A DNA stretch of 63,087 nucleotides, filler included, from Craspedostauros australis (taxonomy: Eukaryota), in assembly GCA_030167865.1 (NCBI GenBank). It is 9 parts of 9 records of this genome, joined end to end, with 100 filler letters (N's around TTAATTAATTAA, not from the genome) between each part and the next. Parts side by side here need not be neighbours in the genome. Positions count along the whole stretch, not along the records: positions 8,358 to 25,126 come from JALAGF010003422.1; 8 more parts are not named here. One strand, written 5' to 3'. Position 1 is the stretch's first letter. Each line of letters opens with the position of its first letter. The translations under genes and the position numbers were made by a program. Shown here one piece after another: positions 11,991-24,100 of this stretch. Under the pieces are notes generated by a model. The model saw nothing but the letters and a program-made list of their open reading frames with translations, did no database searches and had not been told where the DNA came from.

Positions 11991-13346
11991 TCAGTAGTAG
12001 TCGTAGTCGGAACATTGGGCATCGCCAATGCACGCCCCATCCGCCACGGTCCTGTAGTTCTGGTAGCACGCTTCAATACCGATACAGGCGTCGTTGCCAA
12101 TGGTGCCTGAATTGCCTTCACATGCGAATTCACCGCGGCAAGAGCGGTTGCCAATGTCGCCAGTGTTGCCCGCGCAGGATTCGTCCCCACCGACGCAGGA
12201 TTCAGACCCGATGCTGCCGGAATTGGATGCGCACGCACCGGGGCCGGAACAACCCCCGTCGATAACGCCGCTGTTAGCAATACACGCTTCCACTCCAAAG
12301 CACGATCCCTCCTTGATGGTGCCTACGTTCCTGGCGCATGCAGATGTACCGTTGCAGGACGCCTTCCCGACGAATCCCTCATTGAAAGTGCATGAATCGT
12401 TGCCATAGCATCCAAAATCCTCGACAATGCCGTTGTTGTACATACAAGAAGACATTCCGTTGCAGGTGTACTCGCCGAGGGTGGGAGCACTCGCTGCGCA
12501 TGCATAATCACCGTTGCAAGAAGCAAATGGAACAGTTGAGGAGGTGAGAGCGCAGGCACCATTTCCGTTGCAAGAAAACGGAGCAACCTGGATTGTCGTT
12601 GAAACAGCTTCGTCGGGGACGAGAACGCAGGCCATCTCGCCATTGCAAGAGTAAGGGCACACTGTGGCAGTGACGTTGGGGCTCCAATAACAGGCCGCGC
12701 TGTTGGAGCCTTCTGGGGGCGTGCAGCAATCGGCATTGGCATCCGCGCAGCTGGCGGTAACTTCTTGGTACGACCCAGCGAAGCACTGGTCGAATGGGTC
12801 AACAGACTTCACAGACTTGATGGACTTGGCCGATTTCTCAGTCTTGGCCGATTTCCTGGTCTTCGCCGATTTCCCAGTCTTGGCCGATGCCGAAGGTCCG
12901 ACTGATTTGAGATGACGGGCGCCCGCAGTAAGAACTGTGGGAGTTTCCTCGTTGGAAATCAGCGTGGCTGAGTCACCATTGGCAGTGCTACCTTGGAGAC
13001 GCCCGAGATCGGCGTAGTTGTTCTTGATCGCGTCTGAGGTGCGCAGGCGGCGGGCATGATTGGCCATCTTGTCCTGCACCTTGGATGGAACACTATCGGT
13101 GTTGGCCAAGAGGTTCTCGGAGACAGGGATTCCGAACTGGTCCATGACTTTCTGCCTCACGCCATCGGCAGCCTTCTTGTGCAACGCGTCCTTGGCCTGC
13201 TGGATGGCTGCGATCTGTTCGTCCATGGCATTCACATCCACGCTGGCACCAGAGGCGGCGTTCGGATCCAACAACGCATCGACTCCTTTGAAGATGAGGC
13301 TCTGTCCGATGACGAGAGCAAGGATGTCCTTCTTGATTGTCGGCAT
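11991..13346 (-). CDS. Putative secreted protein, 451 aa: RXL sites, KXXK lysine cluster, 12 Cys-rich C-x-G-x-x-(A/S)-C repeats
   Basis: ATG 13346 (MPTIKKDILALVIGQSLIFKGVDA). RRL and RHL motifs; KTGKSAKTRKSAKTEKSAKSIKSVK; C-terminal ~18-aa repeats such as SCNGTSACARNVGTIKEG. Confidence 0.85.
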   Translation of the reverse strand: MPTIKKDILALVIGQSLIFKGVDALLDPNAASGASVDVNAMDEQIAAIQQAKDALHKKAADGVRQKVMDQFGIPVSENLLANTDSVPSKVQDKMANHARRLRTSDAIKNNYADLGRLQGSTANGDSATLISNEETPTVLTAGARHLKSVGPSASAKTGKSAKTRKSAKTEKSAKSIKSVKSVDPFDQCFAGSYQEVTASCADANADCCTPPEGSNSAACYWSPNVTATVCPYSCNGEMACVLVPDEAVSTTIQVAPFSCNGNGACALTSSTVPFASCNGDYACAASAPTLGEYTCNGMSSCMYNNGIVEDFGCYGNDSCTFNEGFVGKASCNGTSACARNVGTIKEGSCFGVEACIANSGVIDGGCSGPGACASNSGSIGSESCVGGDESCAGNTGDIGNRSCRGEFACEGNSGTIGNDACIGIEACYQNYRTVADGACIGDAQCSDYDYY

Positions 13347-14437
13347 GGTTGCAGGTTTGGTATGACTTGATTTGATTTGCTTTGGTCTGCGTTTCCTTGG
13401 CTTGGCTTCGGCTTGGTTTGAGTTTTTGTGAGGTTTGTGATTGCGTTCGCAATGTGCGATACTTGTCGAGAGGAGCAAGGCGGATAGGTGCGAATGTTTC
13501 GGGACAAAACTCTGGTTATCGAGTGGGCTTGGTGTGAACATTGACGACCCAGGCCCGAATGTACTACTATGTGTGGTGGCAACATGCAAGGACACGGATT
13601 GCCGTCAATCGACATCACGTTTATAATCCTGCAAAGAGCGGGATTGCAAAATTTGAGCATCACAATTACACAAGAGCAAGTTGGCGAGGCGGACGCAACG
13701 GATCAATACACATGGCACTGTGACTGTCTCAGTTGTCCCTGTGCCAATACATTTTTGCATCTGCGCAGGGTTGTCACGTTTCGTTGTTCCGTTCAACGAC
13801 GAACGTCCACCAGGGGGAAACCATCAAGTGAACTTTGCTGTGCCGCTTCTGCCGCCAAGCCCGTCTGCGATTGTTGAAGCGATCTGCTCCATCATGGTAG
13901 TCTACTGTGTCATAGTAGTCGAAGATACAACAAACACCCCGCACACGATCCGACTCCATGGTGTCCCAGTTGCGTTCGATCAACTCGAGAGTACGGTCTA
14001 CCAATTAGTGACTCGTACGTCACAAGACCCGATACACGACCCACAAGGCGATGAGTCCTGGCATTGACGTCAGCAAAATCAAACAAACAACACGCGTCAC
14101 AAAAAACACCCCAACACCTCATTTTGGAGAAAACGATGTTCGTGCCACCACAACACGACAACATCCACCATGAGGACAGAACAAAACAGAAGAGGAAGAT
14201 GTGACTGCTCGAGTCAGAATCGCTACTCGGGTTCATACTCGTACAAATACAATGGCAACTCGATAGAAATAGACACGCACAAGTACATGCTCACAACTAC
14301 ATACTCGTACAGCAGACCAGGATCGATGCCAGCGAAGAGCCTGACATTGCAAGCTCTCATTGTTTGAGAATCAGCCCTCCACACCGCAACTGGTGGACGA
14401 ATTGAAGTTCAACGAAACATCCACAACAACGAAGATT

Positions 14438-15922
14438 ATGTGCAAACCAACTCCAAAGGAGATAGACAGAGCCGTCGCAACCCAACTGCCATCGCGAGCG
14501 GCTCCAACAACGCTAGATAAGGAGGAGGAACCAGTGATGGAGGAATCGCAGCGACAACAAAAGATCCTCAAGGATGGTGTGATGTACGGAACCGTATCCC
14601 TTGCTGCCCTCGTACTAGCCAACGCGGTGACGATGGGACACTACCAGAACAGGCTCAGCGAGCTGGGATGCGATTCGTTGTGCGTGGGAAGCATGACGTC
14701 GGCTCGATCGACGTTGACGTTGCTGGGATCGACCGTCATTGGAATGGTATCCGATTCCTCTTCGCCGATCTGGGGCACCTTCGGCGGTGCCCGCAAGGCA
14801 TGTATGATCTTGGGGGTCTTTGCGTCGGCGCTGAGCGTCGCTATTGCATCTACAGCGACGGACCTGACGACCATCTGGGCGAGCATGGTGCCGTCGTCAC
14901 TGTTTCAGCAGAACTTCAGCATCCTCAAGGCCCTGTTCGGAGATTACCAACCAGCATCCGCCACGTCCGCCGAAAGGGCGGGGAGCGTGGGGATGCTTGG
15001 CATGGCTGCCGGGCTTGCCTTCATGGTCGGTCCGCTGATGGGAGCGACGCTCCTCAAGAGCTACGAGCACGCGACGATGTTTTCATTCGTCTGCCTGCTC
15101 GTCTCTGTCGCAGTTATCGTCTTCCTTCTTCCATCTCCCGCCAATTCAAACGACAGCGAGGAGGCAATGCCAGCGTCTGACGAGAAGAGTCAAGAAGAAG
15201 GCGCGTCCACGCAGTCCATGTTCCGCAAGTTCCTGCCCGATCTGGTCCCAGCAGCCAGGACACCGCCAGCGATCTTCCTGATGGCCTCCCGCTTCTGCAT
15301 GGGCTTGGCGTTCCACATCTTCCAAACGATATGGACCGTGGCGTTGAAGACAAGGTTCCAGTTCGGGCCCAAGCAGTACGGTCAATACTTTGGATTCATC
15401 GGACTGACGTTCGCGTTGTCGCAGGGGTTCGCTGCCAAGCTGCTGCTGAAGCATTTCGGTAAAACGACCCAGCAACGCACGCGATTGCTGCTGGCGTGCT
15501 GCTGCTTGCTTGGAGCCGGCAGGCTGTTCGTATACTACGCATCCAGCATGTGGATCGTGTACGCAGTGTACGGCCCGATCGTAATGGCGCTGGGAGTCGT
15601 GAACACCATCTTCACAGCCGACACCAGCAACATCGCCAGCCCTCAGGAGCTCGGTGGATTGTTTGGAATCCTCGCCTCCGTCGAGAGCTTGGCCGGCATC
15701 GTGGGCCCTATCTTGGGTGGACTGCTGGCCAAGGTGGATCCCGAGCAGGCGCCGTTGACTGCCGTCGTTGGTTTGTACGGCGTGGTATTCGCCCTGATTT
15801 ACACCAAGTACGAGGAAGTTGTGGCAAACCCACGCACGAAGGGCGACGTCCCAAAGAACGAAAATGAAAGCTCCGTCAGCGAAGGCGACATGAAAGAAGC
15901 CTCATCCAAAAAGGATGATTAA
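14438..15922 (+). CDS. Major facilitator superfamily transporter (MFSD9/TetA-like)
   Basis: About 12 hydrophobic segments; GLAFMVGPLMG and GIVGPILGGLL motifs; central hydrophilic loop; intronless; first in-frame ATG 14438. Confidence 0.85.
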   Translation: MCKPTPKEIDRAVATQLPSRAAPTTLDKEEEPVMEESQRQQKILKDGVMYGTVSLAALVLANAVTMGHYQNRLSELGCDSLCVGSMTSARSTLTLLGSTVIGMVSDSSSPIWGTFGGARKACMILGVFASALSVAIASTATDLTTIWASMVPSSLFQQNFSILKALFGDYQPASATSAERAGSVGMLGMAAGLAFMVGPLMGATLLKSYEHATMFSFVCLLVSVAVIVFLLPSPANSNDSEEAMPASDEKSQEEGASTQSMFRKFLPDLVPAARTPPAIFLMASRFCMGLAFHIFQTIWTVALKTRFQFGPKQYGQYFGFIGLTFALSQGFAAKLLLKHFGKTTQQRTRLLLACCCLLGAGRLFVYYASSMWIVYAVYGPIVMALGVVNTIFTADTSNIASPQELGGLFGILASVESLAGIVGPILGGLLAKVDPEQAPLTAVVGLYGVVFALIYTKYEEVVANPRTKGDVPKNENESSVSEGDMKEASSKKDD

Positions 15923-16248
15923 ATTGTTCTACTACACTACTATATGCTCAACGATTGCCAGAGTATTTGGATCGTGTTCCTGCAAATTGTGGCCATCTAT
16001 TATGCCATACAAACATTTGATGAGGTGTGCGTACCAACGGACACATAGTACTGGACAATGCTCTCTGGTCTATACTACCACTCTCTAGACAGACTGTGTG
16101 GTAAAGTGCGAGGCTTCGAAATGACTTCGTTGATCGTTTGTTTAGTGAACTCCCAGTCACGAACAATCTATTTTTGGCGCCAAAACGAACAAAGATCGAA
16201 ACGGCCAGCCACATCGGCCGGATGCGTCACGATACGCCGTGTAGTGTT

Positions 16249-16266
16249 GGGTTGGGTTGGGTTGGG
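16249..16266 (+). repeat. (GGGTT)4 tract, potential G-quadruplex
   Basis: GGGTTGGGTTGGGTTGGG about 125 bp upstream of ATG 16392. Confidence 0.6.
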
Positions 16267-16391
16267 TTGTCCGTGATCTCACTTCACTGCCACCGTCGCA
16301 ACAACAACGCTCGCAATACCACACTTGAATTCGAATAGCAGAGCAGCAGAGTAGCAGTGTGCACAAGACTACCTCTGCGGCAACTGTCGCG

Positions 16392-16883
16392 ATGTCCGCA
16401 ATGCGGCGACTGTGTTCGGTTCGATCAGCGAACCACGGATTGTTCGGCCAAGCATGGACACATTCACGTGCGTCGAGAGCTCCTGTGCATGCCACGAGGA
16501 TGGCTGCGAAGACGGGTCTTCGCTTCCAAGCCACTTCTGCACAGAAGCGAAAATGGAAACGGCAAGGCCATCTGAAGCACCGCGGAGGCGGACGGATGCT
16601 GGCTGACGATACAAAGGTTCCGGAGACCAGCGTTTCCGCGGCAGAAGCATCAGAGAAGGGTTTTGACTGGAAACCACTCTTCTTCTTGGTTATCTTCCCT
16701 CTCGCAATGACTGGGGTCGTGGTGATAGCACGAGAAGATCTGCAACAAGAGGTGAAAGACCTGCGACTGAGCGTGGGGACGCGCTTCCAGCAAGACTCAT
16801 CGCCGCAAGAAGAGAAGACTAGGAACGACGAGGTGCGGGATCAGCAAGGTTCGAGGATGGACGATCCGAAGACACAAAGTTGA
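16392..16883 (+). CDS. Small hypothetical single-TM protein, possible mitochondrial presequence
   Basis: R/S/A-rich N-terminus lacking acidic residues; TM segment PLFFLVIFPLAMTGVVVIA followed by REDL. Confidence 0.6.
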   Translation: MSAMRRLCSVRSANHGLFGQAWTHSRASRAPVHATRMAAKTGLRFQATSAQKRKWKRQGHLKHRGGGRMLADDTKVPETSVSAAEASEKGFDWKPLFFLVIFPLAMTGVVVIAREDLQQEVKDLRLSVGTRFQQDSSPQEEKTRNDEVRDQQGSRMDDPKTQS

Positions 16884-17154
16884 ATGAGGAACGAGTTGAA
16901 TGTCGAATGTATGAATGAAGTGATTGGAAGACTGCGACTGCAAACGTGTGCTGCTGAGGAAGGTGGATAGGATGCAAATGCACGCAAAGGAACGCAAAGG
17001 CACTGGAAGGCATGCAATAATAGGATGCGATTCTATCGACCTCGTGCTCTACTAGTATATTTGGTACCCCTCTATTTGTTTCCGTCCTTGATCCCTGTGC
17101 CGGGTTTGCACAGAGAGACGAGCGCGTACGACGGATGAGCTATCAAAAGTGCCC

Positions 17155-18849
17155 TCAATGTCTTGCATGGCCATAGGCATACTTCGGTAACCGCTTTTTG
17201 GTTCGTGTTCCGTCCGTGTCATTGTGTCCGTACTCTATTATCGCAGCATCCACACAGCCGTATCCGCAGCCAATGTCACGCCAATAGCACGTCGCGATGG
17301 ATATGTCTGGCTGGAAGAATCCCGTTCTGGAACAAGGAAAGTGGATATGCCTCTTGCAGGTTTCCTCCATGTGCGCTTTCAACCGCCTATGCTGCTCCAG
17401 CTTGCGCTCAAAGCGATCCTTTCCGAGTCGCTCGATGGTGTTGTCCAAAGACCGCGAAGCGGCCTCGTGCAACAGATAGTCCACATTCTGGTCCACAAAA
17501 TCATGATTCAAGTGTTCCTGAACGAGCGGCGGCAGCACGCTGGGTCTGCGCGGGATTTCGAAGCACCGAGCGCCGTGCACCCAGTCCCACGCCCAGCCGC
17601 CCGCGGCTTTGGCGGAAAAGGCGATGATGTCACCGTCGTCCAGATCTAGCAGCAGCTGCAGCGCCACCATGGATTCCTCCCAACGTTCCACCACTGCCAC
17701 GAAATTGTATTGCGACAGCACCCTGTCATGAACGAATTGGACGGTGCGCTGCTCGGATTCCAGGACATCGTACGGCACTTGGGCGTTGGAGTTGAGAATG
17801 AGGCCGTCGTCGACAGCGAGCTCGTGGAAATCTCGCATGAGATGCCTCGTTTGGTAATTCTTCGACCGCAGGAGGTAGTCGTCCATGGCTTCCTCTGTAT
17901 GATTCTGCTGTCGCACACCAATCCTGTAGAAGTAATATGCGGACAGCGCGCGTTCCGCTGGGTCACGGACGATGGTCCATACGAAGTAGTCGGACTTGGC
18001 GCTGGAGCTGACATTGGCGCTGGGCCCGACGCTGGAGTGATGGTTGGTGCCGCCGCCAGTGCTGTTGTCAGTTGAGGCAATCTTTGGCCTGCGTTGATGT
18101 TGCACCAACCAGTGCCTCCGTTGCAGAGAGAATCGATGCTGGAACCGGAACTGATCACAACCGCGATGGGTCGATTTGGCAAAATGTCGATTGGCTACCT
18201 TTTGGGCGATGCGGATGTGTATGGCGGCGGCGGTCGATGATCCTGTTTTGAATGTTTTGGCAAAAAAGAACCCTCTGTTTTGATCGCTGCTGATGTCGGC
18301 GTTGCCGTTGGCGCCGTCGCTGTCGTCGACATTTTCATTGGATGAGCACCAGCTGTACGGTGCTGTGCCATTCCATTCCGTGAACGTTACGGAAGCATCT
18401 CTGATGGCTTCCTCTTCTTTCCACCACCACAACAGAGCAGTTGGTGGCGTTGCTTTCTCCGCCGCCGTTGTGCCAGTGTCATCGCTGTTCGCAGCCAGTG
18501 TCCATGTCGCAGTGGACGATGCCAATGGTGCCAGTGGCTCCCAGACTGTGGAGGATCGATGGAAGGCGAGGATTTGCGCCAGCCCCGCGAATGCGATGCT
18601 CAACAAAGCAAGCGCCAGCTTGGGAAGTCGCGTCGTCACTGTCGACGATCGGTGTTGCGTCGGCGCACGATTTTTGGAAGTCTGCTGCCTCTTCCCGTCT
18701 GTCTTCGATGCATGGTTGTGCGAGTTTGCTGCACTGGCTGTTCCATCGGCTGCAATTGTGATTGATCCAATGGACGACAGCGTATCTCCTGAGGATGGCG
18801 CGGACGAGTGGAACGATGCACTGGGCTGGCGTAGATCGCTGCGTCGCAT
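17155..18849 (-). CDS. Golgi-type (type II membrane) sulfotransferase, galactose-3-O-sulfotransferase-like
   Basis: N-terminal TM; 5'-PSB motif FAKTFKTGSST; 3'-PB motif IVRDPAERALSAYYF; YNFVAVVERWEESMV. Confidence 0.82.
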   Translation of the reverse strand: MRRSDLRQPSASFHSSAPSSGDTLSSIGSITIAADGTASAANSHNHASKTDGKRQQTSKNRAPTQHRSSTVTTRLPKLALALLSIAFAGLAQILAFHRSSTVWEPLAPLASSTATWTLAANSDDTGTTAAEKATPPTALLWWWKEEEAIRDASVTFTEWNGTAPYSWCSSNENVDDSDGANGNADISSDQNRGFFFAKTFKTGSSTAAAIHIRIAQKVANRHFAKSTHRGCDQFRFQHRFSLQRRHWLVQHQRRPKIASTDNSTGGGTNHHSSVGPSANVSSSAKSDYFVWTIVRDPAERALSAYYFYRIGVRQQNHTEEAMDDYLLRSKNYQTRHLMRDFHELAVDDGLILNSNAQVPYDVLESEQRTVQFVHDRVLSQYNFVAVVERWEESMVALQLLLDLDDGDIIAFSAKAAGGWAWDWVHGARCFEIPRRPSVLPPLVQEHLNHDFVDQNVDYLLHEAASRSLDNTIERLGKDRFERKLEQHRRLKAHMEETCKRHIHFPCSRTGFFQPDISIATCYWRDIGCGYGCVDAAIIEYGHNDTDGTRTKKRLPKYAYGHARH

Positions 18850-21111
18850 TCTGCTATTGTTCGTTGCGTCGCAAAACGAATGGCTCGTTGGTTTGACGTA
18901 CCCAAGAGGATGATGCTTTTCAGGACGCCTACCGCCACTCTGACGGATGCTCTCCTGCAATACCAATACTTACTGGCTGCTCGTGCTCGTGCACTTCTCT
19001 CTTGCGTTGCTTCTCCATTGTTCTTGATGTCCTGGTGCGATGATGTGCCGATGTGCTGAAGCCTTTGGTTTGGTCGGAATGGATTTGTTTGTTGGTGTCT
19101 CTTTCTGTGTGCCGAATTGGAGTCTTTACCAATACAAAAGAGAACGATGACATCACGAATCGATGTCTGTTGATGTCGCAATGGACACACCAACGACAAA
19201 GTCAATTATCGGCAGAAATTGGCCCAACTCGCAATCCGTTTGCCGTGACAGAGATATTTTGTCTATTATTATTATTGGCGTATTTCCATTGTTTGGCACC
19301 TGTTGGTAATTCTTGATATCCAGCGGCGTATCGCCGACGGCACAAGCAGCCGTTCGATGAGTTGATGGCCGTTGCCTAACATCTTCACATCATTAGAAAG
19401 AGGAGAGTGAGAGCTCTCTGTTGATGTGTTCATTGTCTGCAAAGAGTCTCCGCTTCCTGTTCATCTCGATGTCTCTTTTGACCCTTTATCGGCCTTTTTC
19501 ATACGGATGACGTACGGACGTGATTTCGGAATTTTTTCGTTGGCAACCATTGCTAACCGCGTAGAGTCTACGGCATTCTGGTACAGAAATTTGTTGCTTG
19601 TTCGTCCAATCTCGACCGACTGTCTTCCAAAGACCCGCATCCAATTCTGTTTCGTCGATTGCTCAAGCGAATGGCATGGCTGTATTCGTCACTTCATCCT
19701 GCTTCGGGTGGTGTGCTGGTCAATGGTTCGGAATGCCTTTGTGTGTTGCTTTGGGTGTTTGAAGTCAGTCACTAATGCTCGTGACAGCCATGATCCTCAA
19801 TCCGTGAACGCACAAAAGTTCGCGCCAAAAATTATCGTGTGTTTTTACGTGTTGTTGATTCGTACTGAGCTGGTCACCTGAGTCTCTCTGTTTTATGCAT
19901 GGTTGTGCATTGCCATGACGTCGGATTATCGTGCCGTTGCCTTCAATCGACGCAGTAGTCCCTCCTTTACCTCCCCATGTAGTATTGGTCTTCGAATCTC
20001 ACTTCCTCCAAAGATATACCAACTGCAACTTCTGTTCGTCGCTTTGCCTCGTACTATCCTCGCGAGGAAACACCGTTTCCTGATCGCACGCCACAACTGG
20101 CTTCATTGACGCCGGTTGCTACGCCCTCGCGAAGACTAGCCATTGATTTCACGCTCATGCGATGGGTGGGGTCGTTGACGCAGTCGCTGTTCGTGCTCCA
20201 TCAAACCATGTTCGAACCGTTCTGTGGAGGAAGCCTCATGTTCTTTACTGATTTCAGCACCACTATGGCCAATCGAACACTGGCCTCTACATTGCGCACG
20301 TGACACATGCTAAAATGCGCGCACATGGCGTGGAAATTATGCGCAGCACAGTTGCACATGCTCAGCGATGTGAAAGATCCAATGAAGAGAGGTGAGAGCA
20401 TGGCGAGGTTGAACGCCTCGGTGTGAAACAATTTACTCTGCTGTATTCTGGACTGCTCTTGTGTGCTGCTGCTAACCAAGGGATCATTGCTCTCCCAAGC
20501 AGGATGGATGCTACGATATACATGCATCTAAGTTGCTGTTGCCAAGATGGTTGCTGGTGTACGGAATTCTGGAGTGGAACTGAAACGCTATTATTGAAAG
20601 TAGCAACCATACCATCAACTACAATGCAATACAATAAATGAAGCCACAATGGATAATACCAGGCCACAAGGAACTGATCGTAGCATGCGAGGAACGCATC
20701 GGTCAGTACCACATTGTTTTGTGATCATTTCAACCGCGTGTTAACACGCGCTGGGGCACACAAAATTCGCCACGATACATCGTGGTGATTGGCATTCGTG
20801 AATGGGAACAACGAGTGCCTGCTCCAAAGAAACAAACAGATCTCCCCCACTACCCAGCCAATCACCACCAAAGTTGGAGAGGGTGACGACAAGCCACACA
20901 TGAGAGTTCTCACGAAGGGTGGGCTCAAACAAACGGAGCAGCATGAACTTGCCGAGGAGGTTTGTGGCAGAAATGGTGCTTTTCGGGCCGCTTCGCGTGG
21001 GACTGACGTACACAATGTACCAGCTTCTACGGTGAAATTGACTCATATGACTAGTTACCAAAAATTACCAATGGTTACCAAGAAATTGGCCTCCCCTCAA
21101 GCCGAAAGACA

Positions 21112-24100
21112 CTAGTACATGTGCAAGTCGTATGGACCGATGTAGGTCAAGAGGACGGGGAGGAAGGCCAGGCCGTATCCCATTCCAAACAACACCAGGG
21201 AGATGAGAATGACGAAGAACTGCCAAAACACCGGCGACGACGACAGTGCCAGGGCGCAGAATGCGATGAGTGAGGACGTCCCACCCAGGAGGACGGACCC
21301 GCCAACGCGCTGCAGCACATGGCGCACTCGATCCTCTCGGGACGCAACGCTGCCGTCAGCGTTTTGGTTTGGCGCGTTGAGGTAGCCGTGGATGAGATGG
21401 ACGTTGAAATCGACAGCTGTGGGAATAGATGGAGCGGTGCGTATTGTGCCAGTGCATATGGATACGCGCACCACACAAGCATGAGAGAAAGACGAACATG
21501 AGACGAAATGAAACGGAATAGAGTACGTGGAGTACGGATACGGAAGAAGAAACAGGAATTCGTTGTGATGGTTGTTTGGACACAAAAACAGAGATGGGGG
21601 AACCAAAATGTGAGATCTTCACCGAGTCTGGACCCAGTGGGTTATGTCTTCGTCGCCATTCGTACTTGTCTCGCAACCCCTTGTGAAAGAATCACAAATC
21701 GATGCGAAACATCCCGCATTTGCATTCACTTACCGAAGCCAACCGCCATGACTACAAAAACTACTGTCAACGAGTTGAGGGCGAAGCCAGCCCATGGAAT
21801 GACACCGACGATGCAGACATCGACCATGGCTGTGACCGCGACAGCGAGGAAAGGGCCAGATGGGTGCGGCAAAGCGAAGCCTGTCACGATCAGAATCGCA
21901 ATCAGTCCAGCAACAAGCGTCCTGGTCACGATCGCGTCGATGCTCACAAAGTGAGCCCAAATGTGATACCAGAGGACCGATGTGAACATCTTGGTATCAC
22001 CGCTCTGCTGATTGAGCGGCTGCCGCGCTGCAATTTCGAGCTGCTTGACGTAGATCCTCTCCTGGGACTTTGAGTCGTTCATAGTGATGTTGTACATGAA
22101 TGCTGTTCTTGATGCCTCGATCTCTCCTGTGGTTGGGTTGCGCACCAAGTTGTTGGTGTGCACCCTTCCGTAGGACTCGATGGAGAGAAAGTCGTCCAAG
22201 GCTTCGTTGAATGTGCGACCTGGCATGTCGGCATCGGTCTCGTTGCGGTACGCCAAGAAATCCGTCAGCCAGAACGCGGCTGGAGGTCCAACGACGAACG
22301 GATGATTGTGCACCATGTCGTCGATGAAGTCGTACATCTGCTTCTGGATGCTGGGGTCGGAGACATCGATGTCGCGGAAGTAGAAGTTGGAAAGACCGGC
22401 CAGAGCCGTCGGGCTGTACATCGGTTCGGCCTCGAGGAACTGATCGGCATAGGATCCCTTCGGGGTGAGCATAGTGTAGTCAAAGAGTTTCTCGATCTGC
22501 GTTGCGCTCCATACTGCCATCGCAAAGAGAACTGCGAATCCCATCAGCACTAGCACCTTCGTGATGGGGTGCAGGAGGATCTCGATGTACGTGTCGATGA
22601 CCTGATTGGTCCATGGCTGCTCGGCCACGTCGACATCGGGATCGGTGTTACGATTTTCTGGCTCGCGGCTCGGCCGAAGTGCCCGCGAAACAGCGTCCTT
22701 CACGTCGCCGAAATCCTGATTGACGGCCATCCTGAGACGGGACCTGCGGCCGAGCGGCTGGCGGTCTCCATGCAAATCGCCAAGGCCTTGGTCCATTCTG
22801 TTCCATTCCTCCTTCGCCGATACGCTATTGGCTGAGGAGTGTAAATTGTTGTCCTCGTCGCTTTCCGACGAGGCAGCGAAGTTGGATACACCTGTTGCAG
22901 ATGTTTCTCCATGCCGTGCCACATCGTCGGGACGGTGCTTGACGCAGAAGAGGCAATCGTAGCGACGATTCAAGATACGGCGGTGGTTCAAGGACACCAA
23001 GGCCATGAAGAAGGTGATCTGGTACACGAAGTCCACGAAGATGGTGATGGCTGCGTAGATGCACATCCAGCGGATCGCTGGGATGTCGCACAGCGCGCCG
23101 ATACCGAATGCGGCAACGTTCGTCATGGTGGTGGTGAGTATGGTCATTCCGGTCGCCGTGATGATCTCCTCGACCAGACCTTCCATCGAGACGTTCTTGC
23201 TTTCGCCGTACGTCATCTCGTTGAGCTGGCGCTCGTAGGCACCCCAAATGATGAAGGCATCGTCCAGACCGATGCCGAAGATGATGATGGGCAGGGCCAG
23301 GGTCAGCGAGGTGAATGGGAGCTGGAAGAGACTGCTGATGCCGTAGCCTGCCATGATGCTGAGCATGATGGTGATCATGGCTCCCAGGCCAAGGATGCCG
23401 CTGGAATGGACGAAGCGGGACTGTTCGACCTTGTGCTTTCCGAAGCGGGTGAAGATGAGTGTTGAGATGATGCCCATCAGGACGAACGTGCCGCCAGCCA
23501 GAGGAACATCCTTCAGCATGCCCTCCGTCACCGCCATCGTGATGGTCGTGGTCGTGATCGTCTCGCAACGGTAAACGTGGCCTTCGGAGCCTGCTTGTTG
23601 AGCCGTGACATCGGCACCAGTCTTCACCCAATGCCTGTCGAGGGCTTCGGCCTCATCTGTTATCTCCGCGTCGAGATTCATGTACTTTTCTTCCTCTAGC
23701 ACATAAGGCACGAACAACTCGATTTTGTATGCATTGAGGAAGGACAAGGATGATTGGGCCTGCTTCTCGGCTTCTTCGTTGCTTGCTGTAGAAGCATGAA
23801 CCGGTGACGGCGAGAAGATCCGGATTTGTGGCACACGCCAACCATCGGGGAAGTACTCTTGAGAGATTGTGTCGGAGAGATCCTGGTTGATCAAATTCAT
23901 CACGTACGCATCCGCGCCTTCGCTACCAGCATTGCTTTTGTCAATCGAGGCGGCCACGGACTCGATGTACTCCTCAAAGGCGGCCCTGTTGTCTGGGAGT
24001 CCCCAGAATCTGGTGACTCCAACGAAGATACAGAAATCTTGGTCACCGGAAGCAAGAGTGGTGTTCGCATCGCCAGTTTCTCCGATGTTCTCGTCCACGT

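Noticed and set aside
20735..20750. Perfect 16-bp palindrome CGCGTGTTAACACGCG as a possible Helitron hairpin
   Set aside because: No properly spaced CTRR end and no second copy; likely chance or a decayed repeat.
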